From: Ramazzottius varieornatus
Taxonomy: Eukaryota > Animalia > Tardigrada
Assembly: GCA_001949185.1 (NCBI GenBank)
Contig: BDGG01000007.1
Span: 939,613 to 976,880, forward strand
Direction: 5' to 3'
Length of the DNA: 37,268 nucleotides
Positions within the stretch are counted from its first letter, which is position 1; each line of letters starts with the position of its first letter. The position numbers were made by a program, and so were the translations under genes. This document shows positions 34,301 through 37,268 of this stretch, piece by piece. The notes below the pieces were generated by a model. That model ran no database searches and had not been told where the DNA came from. It worked only from the letters and a program-made list of their open reading frames with translations.

Positions 34301-35072
34301 CGAGAGTAGAAGTCAGGTTCGACAATCTTTCCTGGTACTTTCGCATGGTAAAAGACATGTCCAGCAGGAAATATACGTCGAGCGGATAGTCCACAACTTG
34401 ACGGAAACGGACTTCAAAACTGTGTTTTTCTCCTGTTAGAAACAAGCATGGATCTGAGTTAAAAGAAGCACTATATAAATGGACAAAAACAAAAAACATT
34501 GGAGTTACCAGGTCGAAGTTTTAGTTGCATGTTCTGCGGTCTCATTTGATTTGCGGTGGTTGGCTCATCGTTCTGAATTCACAGAAAAAAACATAGAAAA
34601 ATAAAAATCAGCAGCGAAGGAAAGCGAATACTCTACGCGACGGTCTTACTCTTCTATGATGTCTAAAGGGTACAGGACGACGAAAAACCTTTCTCACCTG
34701 TTTGATTTCCCCAGAGGGCACAGGGAAAACCACGTCTTCTTCCGGACAGAACTTGAAAAGCTCGTCGACACTGTCGCAACGGCGGCTGATGTTCGAATAA
34801 ACCTGCAAATTTCGCAGCGAGACCCTCAGAGTTTATTGTGTTTTCAGTGGATCGGAACTTACCTTTTGGTCAGATTTGCACCATGCACATTCCGGAGATG
34901 CTTGAATGCAGGCTCCACAAGTTTGCTGCGATACGCAAGGAGTAGTAACAGGCGATGGTTCCGGTGTCAGGTCGGACAGCTTGTTCGGCTGCACGATCCC
35001 ATCAGCTCTTCGGCTATACAGGCAAAGAAGGACAACGAAATACACAACAAAATCTTTTGGAGGAAAGTCCAT
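31388..35072 (-). CDS. ITGB: Integrin beta subunit, ~847 aa, 16 exons
   Basis: Exons 35072-34863, 34802-34698, 34572-34509, 34432-34301, 34215-34119, 34047-33954, 33882-33796, 33683-33507, 33449-33264, 33192-32753, 32682-32604, 32528-32337, 32263-31993, 31924-31790, 31726-31557, 31492-31388. Signal peptide; PSI domain ([15 protein letters not shown]); [13 protein letters not shown]; [11 protein letters not shown]; [16 protein letters not shown]; [25 protein letters not shown]; DYPS; four I-EGF repeats; TM followed by WK; NPNY tail. Confidence 0.95.
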
Positions 35073-35492
35073 GGTTTATCATTGCTCAAATTTACTAAGA
35101 TTGACAAATTCTGTCACAGATATATCCGGCCGAAATTCACTGAGGCGCGCATTGTGACCAGTGTCTGCTGGGCACGAAGCAAAAAAAGAGAAGTTAGCAG
35201 GGGAGGTGCTGCATTATTCACGCTTATCACCGGAAGTGACTTATCGTACAGCTATGCGCAGTAAAACACATGCGCCTGTCAGGCAGTTTTCCCAGGCTGT
35301 GACACACCCAGCGTTGCACTCAAAGCCAGACAGCGTTCAGCAGACTGTATGCGTATAAGGTCTGTGTATGTATACGGTTTACTACTTTACATAGTACATT
35401 ATAAAACCAGCATTTTAATTACCAGAATCACAGCAATATTCTCAAACTCGGGTAGAAAAATTTTTTGTCTTCAAATCAGGATGTAAAACAGC

Positions 35493-36461
35493 TCAACATC
35501 GAATGATTTTCTTGTATGTAAACCTGCTGACAGGACAACCTTTCTTCAAACAAAAACTGTATGGTAGCTCCATCAAAAACAGCACCGCAAGAAAATAATA
35601 TCTCTTTTTCAAATAAAACGGTCTTTCGGTTGTGGTACTAGCCACTACAGCTGTTTGAAATCCCGGCACTGTAAACTCTTCCGTAAAGTCGTAATGAATA
35701 TCGCGCCAGCGGTTGGCCGCCACGAAGCCGTCCCTCTGAGCAATGAAACTCATTTCCGTGTTGGGGTCCTCGAAAGCAAACGTTTTGTAGAACTTTATCC
35801 GCGTCTGTTTATATTGCCCCAATCCCGACATATCCGGCGGCGAGGCGTCCCAGCAAGAACTGAACAGGAACGGCTGTGATCCGCTCCATGTATTACACCT
35901 GACTGTGTGGGACTCTGTACGGTAGCACGTCTTTCCGTTCGACTGGTAAGATACTCTCCGGTAGCGTGTTTCGTTATGATAGCATGTCATGTGCCAACAG
36001 ATTACCGGTACCGCCTGTTTCACTTCGGCGATATGGTTCTGGATGCCATTAATCAATCCAACATTGCTCAGATACTTCAAGTTCCTGTTGAAGCAGAATG
36101 TATCCACGAGGTAGATCAAGTAGCAAGTGGGCAGTACGCCAACTCCGACCCAAAGAAGAACCTGAAAATTGGACGGCTCAACGGCGCCCAGTACTATCAG
36201 CACTATCCCGGCGATAATTGCGCCTTGATAAAACAGGCGAAAGATGGTGGCTCCATGGCACCAGAATTCAGTACAAGCTGTGCTGGTCTTCTGGGAGGTG
36301 AGCGGTCCTTCGACGAGTTGTTCCGGTGATTGGTTTAGTGGATCATAAGGAACGAGACCGTCTGGTCCGTCAAGGGGCGCTTTCGGTGAATTGAGCGAGG
36401 CGATGGGTTGCTCCATCTGAATCGTAACAGCTGGACCCTTACCATCCACACCGTCATTCAT
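35493..36461 (-). CDS. TMEM151: TMEM151-family membrane protein (~322 aa from the first ATG; 5' end uncertain)
   Basis: Uninterrupted ORF with two N-terminal TMs ending YLIYLVD, then PVICWHMTCYH..R.R.V, RCNT, DAS..GL..TRIKFYKTFAF, F..QRDGFVAANRWRD, PFY..YFLAVLFLMELP and C-terminal YKKI. This is the TMEM151 motif order. The ORF-track start at 36590 is TTG. A possible acceptor at 36509-36510 suggests an upstream exon. Confidence 0.85.
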   Translation of the reverse strand: MNDGVDGKGPAVTIQMEQPIASLNSPKAPLDGPDGLVPYDPLNQSPEQLVEGPLTSQKTSTACTEFWCHGATIFRLFYQGAIIAGIVLIVLGAVEPSNFQVLLWVGVGVLPTCYLIYLVDTFCFNRNLKYLSNVGLINGIQNHIAEVKQAVPVICWHMTCYHNETRYRRVSYQSNGKTCYRTESHTVRCNTWSGSQPFLFSSCWDASPPDMSGLGQYKQTRIKFYKTFAFEDPNTEMSFIAQRDGFVAANRWRDIHYDFTEEFTVPGFQTAVVASTTTERPFYLKKRYYFLAVLFLMELPYSFCLKKGCPVSRFTYKKIIRC

Positions 36462-36949
36462 CTTGGTGTCCACTACCAAGTCCACTACCACGTTCTGACC
36501 GACGGAACCTGAAGGAATATCGTGGGAGAGAAAAGGCGCTTTTGAGTTGTACAAGTTAAATTCGAGTGCGACAGTGTGTGATTTATTCAAAGCTCAGAGC
36601 TGTAACTTCGGCAACATGTTTAGCTCGTCTATCACGGTGCCGGAGTGCGTATCTCGACAACAAGCGACAAACCTGTCATGAAAGTACTTGTATTCATAAA
36701 CCTTATACGTCATCCCGGCCACATTGTTGGAAGCAAGCCGGTGACCAAACGTTACCTTATCATCTGGTGTTTGAACAAGCTGTGACATCACGACAACTAT
36801 AGGACGTGAATCGGTGATAAGTATGGCCTCATCGGCGGGGTGATGCAAGTCCTGAACCACACGAAACGGCTTACAGTCCAGTCGTTCGAGAAGTGGACAT
36901 CCTTTATGGGCGGCGGATAGAGCAACAATCCATCTCCCAGTTGGGCCGA

Positions 36950-37109
36950 TACTTTCACCTGTTTTCCAACATTACCAGGTAACGTGTCACGTATTTAGTA
37001 ATGGTGAAAGACAGGTGCAAGTACCGAGCCAACTACTTTCGCTTGTTTTCCACCATTACTGTAATACGTGACACGTTATCATAGTCATGGTGGAAAACAA
37101 GCGAAAGTA
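36950..37109. repeat. Four-arm nested palindrome (160 bp)
   Basis: Four ~26-bp arms in alternating orientation (36950-36975, 36998-37023, 37034-37059, 37084-37109; consensus TACTTTCrCyTGTTTTCCACCATTAC). Spacers 1 and 3 are themselves mutually inverted. Confidence 0.85.
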
Positions 37110-37268
37110 GCTGCCACGATGTGCATGCAATTTGGGCAAAATTACACGCACATACGTGTTTGTAATTTTGCGTCCTTCCCGAATTGCACGTCACGCAATT
37201 TGGAGAAGTGGCGCCTTGAACAACACGGCGGGCGGGGCGGCGCGTGCTGAGCGCATGCTCGCAGGTGC

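Noticed and set aside
1-37268. Prokaryotic systems (CRISPR arrays, operons, defence islands), rRNA or tRNA genes
   Set aside because: The genes are spliceosomal-intron-containing animal genes; no regularly spaced direct repeats or structural RNA signatures were seen.

Overview
Eukaryotic (animal) genomic DNA with short GT-AG introns, so the ORF track mostly shows exon fragments or spurious frames. Compact introns, balanced GC and divergent ANF-receptor-like and GPCR genes suggest a tardigrade such as Ramazzottius; this is inference only. Gene models were spliced by hand with exon phases checked. From left to right: (1) the 5' part of a KCNQ K+ channel gene (-), continuing off the left edge; (2) a tandem pair of 3-exon genes for small secreted proteins with an identical 8-Cys framework (-); (3) a 3.4-kb decayed, intron-containing pogo/Tigger-type DNA transposon with TIRs and TA flanks; (4) a MITE-dense intergenic zone; (5) an orphan class A GPCR (+); (6) a 12-exon natriuretic-peptide-receptor-like gene lacking kinase-homology and cyclase domains (-); (7) a cytosolic sulfotransferase (+) whose stop is 8 bp from the stop of (8) a 16-exon integrin beta (-) with atypical MIDAS/ADMIDAS residues and cytoplasmic tail; (9) a TMEM151-family gene (-); (10) a four-arm palindrome. 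The most novel-looking items are the 8-Cys miniprotein pair, the cyclase-less receptor and the atypical integrin. No rRNA, tRNA or CRISPR array was seen.
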